Below are positions 1 through 7,011 of a DNA stretch of 24,000 nt, one piece after another. The notes below the pieces were generated by a model that searched no databases, was not told where the DNA came from, and saw only the letters and a list, made by a program, of their open reading frames with translations. Source of the stretch: Betaproteobacteria bacterium SCN2. GTDB taxonomy: Bacteria; Pseudomonadota; Gammaproteobacteria; Burkholderiales; Thiobacillaceae. Numbering within the stretch: position 1 is the stretch's first letter; every line of letters starts with the position of its first letter. Made by a program: the position numbers and the translations under genes. The DNA is taken from positions 44,114 through 68,113 of the forward strand of contig WBSG01000009.1 of assembly GCA_008923285.1 (NCBI GenBank), read 5' to 3'.

Positions 1-9
1 GAGTACGAT

Positions 10-396
10 TCATGTCCAGTATTTGGCCTTGTCTGGCAAAACCCAGCGCACCCCTCCCCGCGGGTCTTCCTTATCGCCCCTGTAGCGCGGGATTAGATGA
101 ATGTGCAGATGCGGCACTGTTTGACCGCCAGCGGGTCCATGGTTGATGCCGATGTTGTAGCCATCTGGCTGATGCTGTTTGTCCAGAATAGTCTTTGCTT
201 TTGTCAGCGCCTTGAGTAATGCCGCCTGCTCATCCTCGGTTGCCTCGAACAAAGTTGCAACGTGACGGCGCGGGAGGATTACGGTATGCCCCATTGATAC
301 CGGGAAGCCATCTCGATATACCACCGTGAGCTCATCCTCAGCGAGAATGCGATTGGGCTCAAGATGGCAAAAAGGGCAAGGTTTAGCCGGGGTCAT
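10..396 (-). CDS. HIT-family nucleotide hydrolase/transferase
   Basis: 128-aa ORF with an N-terminal CPFC and the histidine-triad signature HLHIHLIP (HxHxHxx) near the C-terminus. It is the last gene of a same-strand string, 19 nt after the upstream stop. Confidence 0.85.
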   Translation of the reverse strand: MTPAKPCPFCHLEPNRILAEDELTVVYRDGFPVSMGHTVILPRRHVATLFEATEDEQAALLKALTKAKTILDKQHQPDGYNIGINHGPAGGQTVPHLHIHLIPRYRGDKEDPRGGVRWVLPDKAKYWT

Positions 397-415
397 CTAA
401 GCAAGGATAGGCTGA

Positions 416-808
416 TTAATTACCTGCGTACCACGCCAACAAGCGATCTAGACTTGCCTCGTCCCTTACTTCAATCCGCAAGACGTCATTGCTTGCCGGG
501 TCCAGAGACGGATTCTTGCGCGCCACCGATCCCGCAATGCCGGGGTTGCCATTTACTCCCTGATGCCCGTGCACATACTTTTCGAGAACCTGGATTCCGT
601 CCAAGCCTTCAGAAGGGCAAGGCAAGCCAGCAGAGGAACAATGGTTTACGTAAGCTGTTACCCCATTCTTGCGCGCAAGCGAAATGGCCACTTCTCGAGG
701 TTGCGGGCCCTTAACAGTAAAACAGGCTGACTTGGTTGCCTGGTGATGGCATTGATAACCTCGATTCGCAAGTCTATCTGCGGCAAAATCGGCATTCCAA
801 GCGGTCAT
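416..808 (-). CDS. hypothetical protein, 130 aa, no domain recognised
   Basis: The ATG at 806-808 is preceded on the minus strand by GAGGGG about 6 nt upstream. The ORF fills the gap between the ASCH and HIT genes. The competing + strand ORF 364..714 is an Arg/Pro-rich shadow. Confidence 0.5.
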   Translation of the reverse strand: MTAWNADFAADRLANRGYQCHHQATKSACFTVKGPQPREVAISLARKNGVTAYVNHCSSAGLPCPSEGLDGIQVLEKYVHGHQGVNGNPGIAGSVARKNPSLDPASNDVLRIEVRDEASLDRLLAWYAGN

Positions 809-890
809 CGTTTTCCCCTCTGATTTGTTTTGAACTGATGTTGTTTCAGATTGTTCATCGCTTTATCTGAGCGCTTTCTGCTCATGACCG

Positions 891-1319
891 CTATGCTGAC
901 GTGGCGAGTTGCCGGTTTAACTCCTTGATTGCATCTGCGTCCAAGTTGACATAGGTCACAGCCCCGGGATTGTGAGTGTAATTGACTGGTGAGCTGAGCC
1001 GAATGACATTCTTGAGCCGCCATCCATGAGTCCATCCCTTTTCAAAGAAAACATCTCTTTGCCTTTCTGGCTCAACTGCATGCTCGTGAGCGCGGGCTTG
1101 AAATTCTTCATATGTCATAGGCCCGACCGATTCAACAATCTCTGCCACTGCAAATATTTTTCCAGAACCATTTTTGATCAAGGCAACAGGTCCAAGCTGA
1201 CGGTTGTGTTTAGACCGAAGCTCCATGGTTTTGCGGCCTTGAAGAATTTTGTTAAGCGGCTCTTCCATTATTACCAAACCGCGAGTCGGAACAATAAATG
1301 GGATATTTTCAGAATTCAT
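891..1319 (-). CDS. ASCH-domain (PUA-like fold) protein
   Basis: The N-terminal core LNKILQGRKTMELR followed by IKNGSGKIFAVAEI fits the ASCH pattern. I trimmed the 208-aa ORF to Met67 (ATG ending at 1319) because the longer form overlaps gene 1378..2967 by about 140 nt. There is no clear SD, and an alternative ATG ends at 1268. Confidence 0.65.
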   Translation of the reverse strand: MNSENIPFIVPTRGLVIMEEPLNKILQGRKTMELRSKHNRQLGPVALIKNGSGKIFAVAEIVESVGPMTYEEFQARAHEHAVEPERQRDVFFEKGWTHGWRLKNVIRLSSPVNYTHNPGAVTYVNLDADAIKELNRQLATSA

Positions 1320-1377
1320 GTTTTTTGAATAAGTAAGTAAACAGTTGGGGTTTCTCGGGATTTTGCTGATCGAGCGC

Positions 1378-2967
1378 TCAACTTGCGGATTTGAGTTGCT
1401 CGACCTGCTGACCAAGATTGTCCAGTTCTGCATCCAACGCCTTCTGCATCCGCTCCACCCGGTCAATGACCTTCTCGGCATTATTCTTGATTGTTCCGCT
1501 CCAAGTCCGGATTTCATCCAGATATTTCGCCTGCCTCTGGATCTCAGTCAGGGATTTGTCTATGGCCTGAAAATCCGCCACACGCTCGGCATTTTCCACA
1601 CGGGCACGCACCGCCATGGCCTTGGCGGCCATGAAGGCGGCCTTGAGGTAGGCATCACTGGATTCGTCTTCGGCATCCCATACCACGATGATGTCGTTGC
1701 CATAGCGGGCAAGGGTTTCCAGCACGGCTGGGGCGGTGCGGCGTGAATGGACGAAAAGCCCCACCCCGGCATCGCGGTTCTTGCGGGCAGTGTCGATTTC
1801 TTCCAGGGTGGACTTCAAGGTATAGGAAGCGTCTTCCTTGAACTCGACGGCAATGCGCGCGCCGGCCGCGGCATTGTCGGCGCCCAGGGTAATGACGGCA
1901 TCGCCCACCTTGCTACGCGGGATCAGGCCGGTCGTGCTGCCGGTATCCTCGGCGATGTCGCCAGCACGGGTGGCGAGATCCTGCAGGATTTCGAACCCCG
2001 CCTGCTGGAAGTCTTGGCCGTGGGTAGTTGAAGCCGCTTCGGCCGTTTTCTTGGCGCGCATGGCATCCAAAGCACCCACTACCTGGATCTGGAACTCTTG
2101 GGCGGCCTTGTTCTGGGCTTCGATCATCTGGGTCAGTTCACGCTTGAGGCGGGCCAAGGCGGAGTTTTCCGAATCGAGGGTGAACTCGTCGCTGATCTGC
2201 TTTTGCGCTGACTCGACGCGCCTGACCAGGCGGCTCAAGGCCGACTGCTCGTTGTCCAGCGAGAACTCTTGCACGACCTCACCGATTTTCTCCTTGAGAT
2301 CATCGGCTGCCTCGCCATGCTTGTCCTTGAGTTCCCGCACCAGGCGAGCCAACGCACCTTCGGCATTATCCAGCGAGAACTCGCGCAGGATGGCGTCGGC
2401 CTGGGTGGAAAGCGTGGTCTCGACATGACCGCGCAGCGCAGCCAGGAAACGGTTGGACTCGTCCGGCGACAGGTTCTGCATCAGCACGCTGTCTTCGCCC
2501 ACGTGCCGGGTCAGGGTATCGGCCAGGGCGCGTTCGTTCTGCTCGATCTGGGTGCGCATGAGCTTTTCCAGTTCGCCGTCCTGGCGTACCAGACGCTCGA
2601 CACGCTCGTTGAAGCGGCCGTTCTGCGGGTCGAAGTATTCCTTGAGGGTGCCGGTAAGCAGGGTCTCGGTCTGGCGGCGGTAATCGGCCAGGCGGGCTTC
2701 CATTTCCCGCACCAGACGGTCGCCCTCATTGCGCACAGACTCGGCATCGATGCGGCCCTGGGCCTGGTTGAGCGCCAGGATGCCGATGCGAAGCGCAGTG
2801 CGCACGAATCGGTTGCGCTCGCGACCCTCGGGGTAAGCGACCAGCGCGGCGATGGCTTCGGGGTCGTCGATGACCAGGTCCAGGCGCAGGCCGGGCTCCT
2901 GCTCTGCGGCATCGGGCTTGATTTGCCTGGCTGCCGATGTCTGATTGTCCTCTAGCTCTATGGCCAT
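1378..2967 (-). CDS. coiled-coil protein with a C-terminal PD-(D/E)XK-like domain (RmuC/DUF2130-like architecture)
   Basis: 529 aa with a strong SD (GGAGG 8 nt before the ATG at 2967). About 330 aa are Glu/Arg/Leu/Ala-rich heptad-like sequence with three SLD(N/S)ExSAL(A/S)RL motifs. The C-terminus has GDAVITLG...ARIAVEFKED (D...ExK) followed by DAGVGLFVHS. The nuclease-fold call is inferred from the motif only. Confidence 0.55.
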   Translation of the reverse strand: MAIELEDNQTSAARQIKPDAAEQEPGLRLDLVIDDPEAIAALVAYPEGRERNRFVRTALRIGILALNQAQGRIDAESVRNEGDRLVREMEARLADYRRQTETLLTGTLKEYFDPQNGRFNERVERLVRQDGELEKLMRTQIEQNERALADTLTRHVGEDSVLMQNLSPDESNRFLAALRGHVETTLSTQADAILREFSLDNAEGALARLVRELKDKHGEAADDLKEKIGEVVQEFSLDNEQSALSRLVRRVESAQKQISDEFTLDSENSALARLKRELTQMIEAQNKAAQEFQIQVVGALDAMRAKKTAEAASTTHGQDFQQAGFEILQDLATRAGDIAEDTGSTTGLIPRSKVGDAVITLGADNAAAGARIAVEFKEDASYTLKSTLEEIDTARKNRDAGVGLFVHSRRTAPAVLETLARYGNDIIVVWDAEDESSDAYLKAAFMAAKAMAVRARVENAERVADFQAIDKSLTEIQRQAKYLDEIRTWSGTIKNNAEKVIDRVERMQKALDAELDNLGQQVEQLKSAS

Positions 2968-3008
2968 TTTTTATGCCTCCTCTAACCTGCCAAGTTTAAA
3001 CCATCAGC

Positions 3009-3029
3009 ATGCCCCTTCGACCGGGGCAT
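3009..3029 (-). other. GC-rich hairpin in the leader of the 529-aa gene
   Basis: ATGCCCC-ttcgacc-GGGGCAT (7-bp stem) lies between palindrome A copy 1 and the SD of gene 1378..2967. No U-tract follows on the minus strand, so it is not a canonical terminator. Confidence 0.3.
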
Positions 3030-3069
3030 TGCATGACACCGATGCAGTCAGCAAGGCTAACAGCCAGAT

Positions 3070-3086
3070 GGCTCACCGAATGAGCC
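3070..3086. promoter_or_regulatory. operator-like palindrome A, copy 1: GGCTCA-ccgaa-TGAGCC
   Basis: Perfect 6+6 inverted repeat with a 5-bp spacer. It lies in the 142-nt gap between the WYL-1 stop (3110) and the 529-aa gene start (2967). Confidence 0.6.
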
Positions 3087-3109
3087 ACATCTGGGATTCC
3101 TTGCAGTCT

Positions 3110-4087
3110 TCAGCCGTAGTGACGGGCTGCCTGGGCGATCTGATCCTTGACCCGTCTGCGCAGGCTGGCCGGCCCAAGAACCTCCACATCCGGCCCGTAC
3201 TTGAGGATATCCATCAGCAGCTCGCGGTCGTCGGCATAGGGGATTTCCAGCGAGTAACTGCCATCCGTGCCCATGGTGCCCTTCTGCCTGGGATGCCACT
3301 GCTCGTGGGCAACCCAACGGGCCCGCTCGGGCGTGAACTTGAGCTTGGCCCATTGCACCTTGCTGCCGGAGAAGATGCCATACCCCGCCCCCAGTACTTC
3401 ATCCGTGGTCTTTTCGGACACATCCTTGGCCGGCTTTTCCAGAACCTCGGCCTTCTGGATAGCATCGACCGAGAAGTTGCGCAGCCCCTTGCGCAGGTGG
3501 CACCAGGCATCCAGGTACCAGTTTTCCCGGTAATAGACGAGGCGCTGCGGCGAGACTTCGCGCTCGGTCACTTCGTTGGTGCCGCGGGCATGGTAGGTGA
3601 TCATCAGGCGCTTGCGCCTCAGGAGAACGGAGCCGACGGTCTCGAAATGGGACAGATGCATGCGGCGCGCGGCCACGCCGATGATGCGCACCCGCTTCCT
3701 TACCTCTTCGGCCGTGTTGTCGGCCGTGCCCAGGAGGCCGTTCAGCCGGGCCATGAGCGGCTGGATGTGGGGCGAAAGCAGCCCGCCCTTGTCCAGATTC
3801 GCCATCAGGTGCTGCATGGTCAGCAGCGCATGGATTTCCGAGGCGTTGAACCAGAGGCCGGGCAGTTCGAACTGGCTGCCGGCCGGGGCGTCGCCCTTTT
3901 CGTAGCGGTAGCCCCCTAAATCGCGGTCCCAGATGATGGGGGCGTTGAGCCGGTCACGCAGGTACTGGAAGTCCCGCTTGAGCGTGGCCCGCGAGACCTC
4001 CAGCTCATCAAGGAAGTCGTCGAACGGCACGACCTTGCGGTCGCTGATCATCTGGTCGATCTTGTAGAAACGCTCGGTGCGGTCCAT
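3110..4087 (-). CDS. HTH-WYL-WCX transcriptional regulator (BrxR/CapW/PafC-like), regulator 1
   Basis: N-terminal wHTH (RFYKIDQMISDRKVVPFDDFLDELEVSRATLKRDFQYLRD), a literal WYL motif (YYRENWYLDAWC) and a C-terminal WCX-like tail (LLMDILKYGPDVEVLGPASLRRRV). The start is set at MDRTERF (ATG ending at 4087) with GGAG 6 nt upstream. The 110-aa upstream extension of the ORF overlaps the neighbouring gene. Confidence 0.85.
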   Translation of the reverse strand: MDRTERFYKIDQMISDRKVVPFDDFLDELEVSRATLKRDFQYLRDRLNAPIIWDRDLGGYRYEKGDAPAGSQFELPGLWFNASEIHALLTMQHLMANLDKGGLLSPHIQPLMARLNGLLGTADNTAEEVRKRVRIIGVAARRMHLSHFETVGSVLLRRKRLMITYHARGTNEVTEREVSPQRLVYYRENWYLDAWCHLRKGLRNFSVDAIQKAEVLEKPAKDVSEKTTDEVLGAGYGIFSGSKVQWAKLKFTPERARWVAHEQWHPRQKGTMGTDGSYSLEIPYADDRELLMDILKYGPDVEVLGPASLRRRVKDQIAQAARHYG

Positions 4088-4137
4088 GGTGCACTCCATC
4101 AGGGGATGGCGTGATTCTAGGACACTTTTCCCTATCT

Positions 4138-4154
4138 GGCTCAAGGCATGAGCC
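4138..4154. promoter_or_regulatory. operator-like palindrome A, copy 2: GGCTCA-aggca-TGAGCC
   Basis: Perfect 6+6 inverted repeat, 51 nt upstream of the WYL-1 start codon (4087). Position suggests an autoregulatory site. Confidence 0.65.
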
Positions 4155-4266
4155 ATAAGTGGCGCACGGATCATTCGAACGTGCATCGCGCGATCAGGAT
4201 CAGCATGGCAAAGACCACCAGGGCCAATGCCATTCCCCTGAAGAAATACCTGAACGGGCCCATGAC

Positions 4267-4833
4267 TCAGCACCACTCCCGCACCGTCAGGAAGTGAGCT
4301 CCAGGACAACCGTTCCGAACCAGCACGTACCCCGCTAGAAGTTCCTTCTGCCCCCATGTCGTCTCCCATCGCGCAGTAAAGGACCAAAGCTCGTCTCCAT
4401 CCGAACAGCCGTCCAGGAAATCGCGCCAAGCCGCATTCAGGTGGCCGAACGGCAAGTTCGGTACGGCACCCAGGGGGTCTTCCACCGTTTCGCGAGCCTC
4501 GGTCTCCTGCACGGTCAGTCGTTCCTGTAGATGGCCACGCTCCACGGCAAATTCCCGCTCTTCCTCCAGCGCAGGCTCATTCTTCTTCGTAAAGTGCTCT
4601 GTAATCTTCATGTAGGCGGCAACTGGCCAGAATATTACGACAGCGACAGCAGCAAGCGCCGGGGCAACAATGTTGTTCAGTATTCGAAATGAAAGCTTCT
4701 CGCGGTCTGGATTCACCGCATCGAGCAGGTCATGAAGCGATTCCGACTCGCTCTTTTTCGTCAGCCGTTGCGCACCATAAATGAGGACAAGCACCGAAAC
4801 CCCTATCCCGAGGTACCAATACAGGTAGATCAC
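4267..4833 (-). CDS. membrane protein, 188 aa (two predicted TM helices plus a C-terminal soluble domain)
   Basis: Hydrophobic stretches YLYWYLGIGVSVLVLIYG and IVAPALAAVAVVIFWPVAAY. GTG start with AGGAG 6 nt upstream. The GTGA start/stop overlap with the upstream gene suggests translational coupling. Confidence 0.65.
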   Translation of the reverse strand: MIYLYWYLGIGVSVLVLIYGAQRLTKKSESESLHDLLDAVNPDREKLSFRILNNIVAPALAAVAVVIFWPVAAYMKITEHFTKKNEPALEEEREFAVERGHLQERLTVQETEARETVEDPLGAVPNLPFGHLNAAWRDFLDGCSDGDELWSFTARWETTWGQKELLAGYVLVRNGCPGAHFLTVREWC

Positions 4834-5330
4834 GACTCACTCCTGTCGTCCATGTTAACGCGAGGGAACACTGTCATGGCGCCGACTTCGTAGCCTTCGG
4901 GGGCGTCATCGGAGTCGGCTGTCCCGTTGTGTCGCACTCGCGTCGCCACCACGACACCGCGCTCGATGTCCAAGAACAAGTCCCGCTCGTAGGTGCTTCC
5001 ATAGCCCATGTGGACGTACTCGAGCTGCTTACCCTGCGGAATGCGGATGGTGCCGGTGTACCAGTGCGCGAAAACCCTGTCTGGAAAGTCCGGAAAGATG
5101 GTAGCAACCGAGGCCTCGGATCCATCCTCCAAGGTGCCGTGCAGCCCGACCAGGTACAGTCGTTCGTTGACGATTTCCCATCTACCAACGTAGCCGCGCC
5201 ACAGAGCCGTGCAGTTTGACTCGAACCGTGGGGTATACCCACCCATGGCAAAGTAGTCGCTGAGGGGGTTTGTGCACATGGCCACTTCCTTCCCTTGGTA
5301 GAGCAGCCTTTCAGCAATCTGCGCTGTCAT
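4830..5330 (-). CDS. hypothetical protein, 166 aa
   Basis: Start set at MTAQIAERL (ATG ending at 5330) with GGGAGAG about 5 nt upstream. The longer 221-aa form would overlap the 5'-nucleotidase gene. No domain recognised. Confidence 0.6.
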   Translation of the reverse strand: MTAQIAERLLYQGKEVAMCTNPLSDYFAMGGYTPRFESNCTALWRGYVGRWEIVNERLYLVGLHGTLEDGSEASVATIFPDFPDRVFAHWYTGTIRIPQGKQLEYVHMGYGSTYERDLFLDIERGVVVATRVRHNGTADSDDAPEGYEVGAMTVFPRVNMDDRSES

Positions 5331-5382
5331 GATATCTCTCCCTGTTGGCTCCCTGTTCCACCCGCAGCTACCAGCGCTCCCA

Positions 5383-6315
5383 TTAAGCTGCCTTGGCGGT
5401 AAGCTGGACAACCTGGCCATTGGCCACGCCATAGGGCACATGGCCGGTGGCCACATGCTGGCGCGCCGATTCGCAGTGGCCCTGCTGGTCGTCAAAGAAG
5501 ATGTCCGCGCCGAAGGCCTTGAGGAACTCGCCCTTGTTCATGCCGCCCAGAAACAGCGCCTCGTCGATGCGGATGTTCCATCCCCGGAGCGTGCGAATCA
5601 CACGCTCGTGCGCCGGGGCGCTCCTCGCTGTGATGAGTGCGGTGCGGATGGGCGAAGCCTCGCTCGGATACTCGGACTGTATCTGGTGCAGGATGGAGAG
5701 GAAGCTTTTGAACGGCCCTCCGGAGAGCGGTAAGCGAGCGGCATCCCGTTCGTTTTGCTCGAAAGCCCCCAGCCCTTCGCGCTTGTAGATCTGCTCGGAC
5801 TCGTCGGAGAACACCACGGCATCGCCGTCGAAGGCGATGCGCAGTTGCCCGGAGGCGGTGTTCTGGTTCACATGGGACGGCAGGATGGTCGCCGCAGCAC
5901 AACCGGCTTCCAGCGCCTTGCGCACGTCGTCCTGGCTGGCGGATAGGAAAAGGTGCGCGCCAAAAGGCGCGATATAACGCCAGGTGCTCTCCCCGCGGGT
6001 GAAGGCCGCCCGGGTGATGTCCAGCCCGTGGTGACGAATGGAGTTGAACACCCGAAGGCCCGTGTCCGCGCTGTTGCGCGAGAGCAGGATCACCTCGACC
6101 CGCGCCTTGCCGGTCTCGGCATCGTTCAGGGCCAGAAGCTTCTTGACCAGGGGGAAGGCGATGCCGGGTTCCAGCACGTCCTCCTCGTGCTCGATCTGGT
6201 AGCGGCAATAGGCATCCACACCATCCTCCTCGAATACCCGGTGGCTTTCGTCCAGATCGAACAGGGCGCGGGAAGAAATGGCGACGACCAGCTTGTTGTT
6301 GGTGTTATCGGGCAT
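5383..6315 (-). CDS. HAD-superfamily 5'-nucleotidase (cytosolic cN-I-like family)
   Basis: HAD motif I FDGDAVVF (DxDxV), motif II ITARS and motif III/IV K...FGADIFFDDQ. The overall layout, starting KLVVAISSRALFDL, recalls the cN-IA-type 5'-nucleotidase family. Start at MPDNTNNK with AAGGAG 6 nt upstream. Confidence 0.7.
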   Translation of the reverse strand: MPDNTNNKLVVAISSRALFDLDESHRVFEEDGVDAYCRYQIEHEEDVLEPGIAFPLVKKLLALNDAETGKARVEVILLSRNSADTGLRVFNSIRHHGLDITRAAFTRGESTWRYIAPFGAHLFLSASQDDVRKALEAGCAAATILPSHVNQNTASGQLRIAFDGDAVVFSDESEQIYKREGLGAFEQNERDAARLPLSGGPFKSFLSILHQIQSEYPSEASPIRTALITARSAPAHERVIRTLRGWNIRIDEALFLGGMNKGEFLKAFGADIFFDDQQGHCESARQHVATGHVPYGVANGQVVQLTAKAA

Positions 6316-6363
6316 GGCGGGCTCCTTTGGCTTTGTCATACCTGCCATGCTACGGGGAATGGT

Positions 6364-6380
6364 GGCTCATAGAATGAGCC
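6364..6380. promoter_or_regulatory. operator-like palindrome A, copy 3: GGCTCA-tagaa-TGAGCC
   Basis: Perfect 6+6 inverted repeat, 49 nt upstream of the 5'-nucleotidase start codon (6315). Confidence 0.6.
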
Positions 6381-6483
6381 TGTTCATCAAATACTTCAAA
6401 AATGCTTGGGGGCACTTCCGTTTTTGGTGATCACATGGAGAATAACCATGCAAACTTGGACATTTATTCAGCTGTCTAGATTT

Positions 6484-6930
6484 CTAGATTCGTATTCTGG
6501 TTGCATTGATCGGAATGCTTAAATACGTAGTAGATTTTTGACTGTGAGAATAGCCATTTCTCTTATCCGCCCATCTTTTTCCACATCGTACTTCGTTCTT
6601 CTCTGGGTCCAGTATCAAAAACCTGTGGTTGTCTTTCACCACCACTACCCAATGAAAATGCTTTTTTCTACGATTCACGCCAACAATCGCAGTGCCCTGT
6701 ATGTCGTCCCAGCATCCGGATTTTTTCTCTTTTGCACGAATTCCGTATTTTTTAAGAGCCTTACCCAAATCCTTAGCTAGTGTGTAGTACTCCTCCCTTC
6801 GAGTGCTCCAATTAAGAATTTCGGCAAAGGCATCTTTCATTTCTTCGTAAGAGCGATTTGCAATCATGGCCACACAGGCAATTCCACATCCAGTTTTGTC
6901 CTTCTGTTTTATCAAGGATATCGTCGCCAT
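6484..6930 (-). CDS. papain-like cysteine peptidase, C39-like
   Basis: Ordered Q-C-H-D pattern: LIKQKDKTGCGIACVAMI (Gln, then the catalytic Cys in a GCG context) and HFHWVVVVKDNHRFLILDP (His and Asp). GGGAGG lies 6 nt before the ATG. The DNA is markedly AT-rich compared with its neighbours. Confidence 0.6.
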   Translation of the reverse strand: MATISLIKQKDKTGCGIACVAMIANRSYEEMKDAFAEILNWSTRREEYYTLAKDLGKALKKYGIRAKEKKSGCWDDIQGTAIVGVNRRKKHFHWVVVVKDNHRFLILDPEKNEVRCGKRWADKRNGYSHSQKSTTYLSIPINATRIRI

Positions 6931-7011
6931 CAGTTGCCTCCCACCTCGCAGTAATTCTCTGATTCCAACTTAATTAACACAGCCAAATTTCATCATTTAG
7001 CCACAGAAGGA

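Noticed and set aside
868-884. TGAGCG-ctttc-TGCTCA between the ASCH stop and the 130-aa gene, resembling swapped operator-A half-sites
   Set aside because: The half-sites are in the opposite order and each has a mismatch. A small 5-6-bp stem-loop is the more economical reading. It is not counted as a fourth copy.
2945-3919. Long antisense or shadow ORFs in the GC-rich blocks, for example 2945..3919 (+), 2269..2955 (+), 1838..2428 (+), 5492..6208 (-), 8104..8781 (+), 9753..10319 (+), 20424..21005 (-) and 12943..13539 (+)
   Set aside because: Each lies wholly opposite to, or out of frame with, a gene that has clear domain motifs. Their translations are Arg/Pro/Gly/Ala-rich with no motifs. This is the expected stop-codon depletion of high-GC sequence.
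4185-4194. 10-bp palindrome ATCGCGCGAT in the WYL-1 upstream region
   Set aside because: It is a short CG-rich palindrome in GC-rich DNA. It is not repeated elsewhere, and operator-A copy 2 nearby is the better candidate site.
4088-4429. N-terminal extension of the WYL-1 ORF (3110..4429, 439 aa)
   Set aside because: The extension overlaps the 188-aa membrane-protein gene and contains operator-A copy 2. The wHTH begins at MDRTERF, which has its own SD. The extension is Arg/Gly-rich read-through typical of high-GC DNA.
4930-4936. Isolated operator-B half-sites inside coding regions: TGTCGCA at 4930-4936 and 22993-22999, and TGCGACA at 16535-16541, 18430-18436 and 23743-23749
   Set aside because: None has the partner half-site at the 5-bp spacing. 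Single 7-mers are expected by chance in 24 kb.
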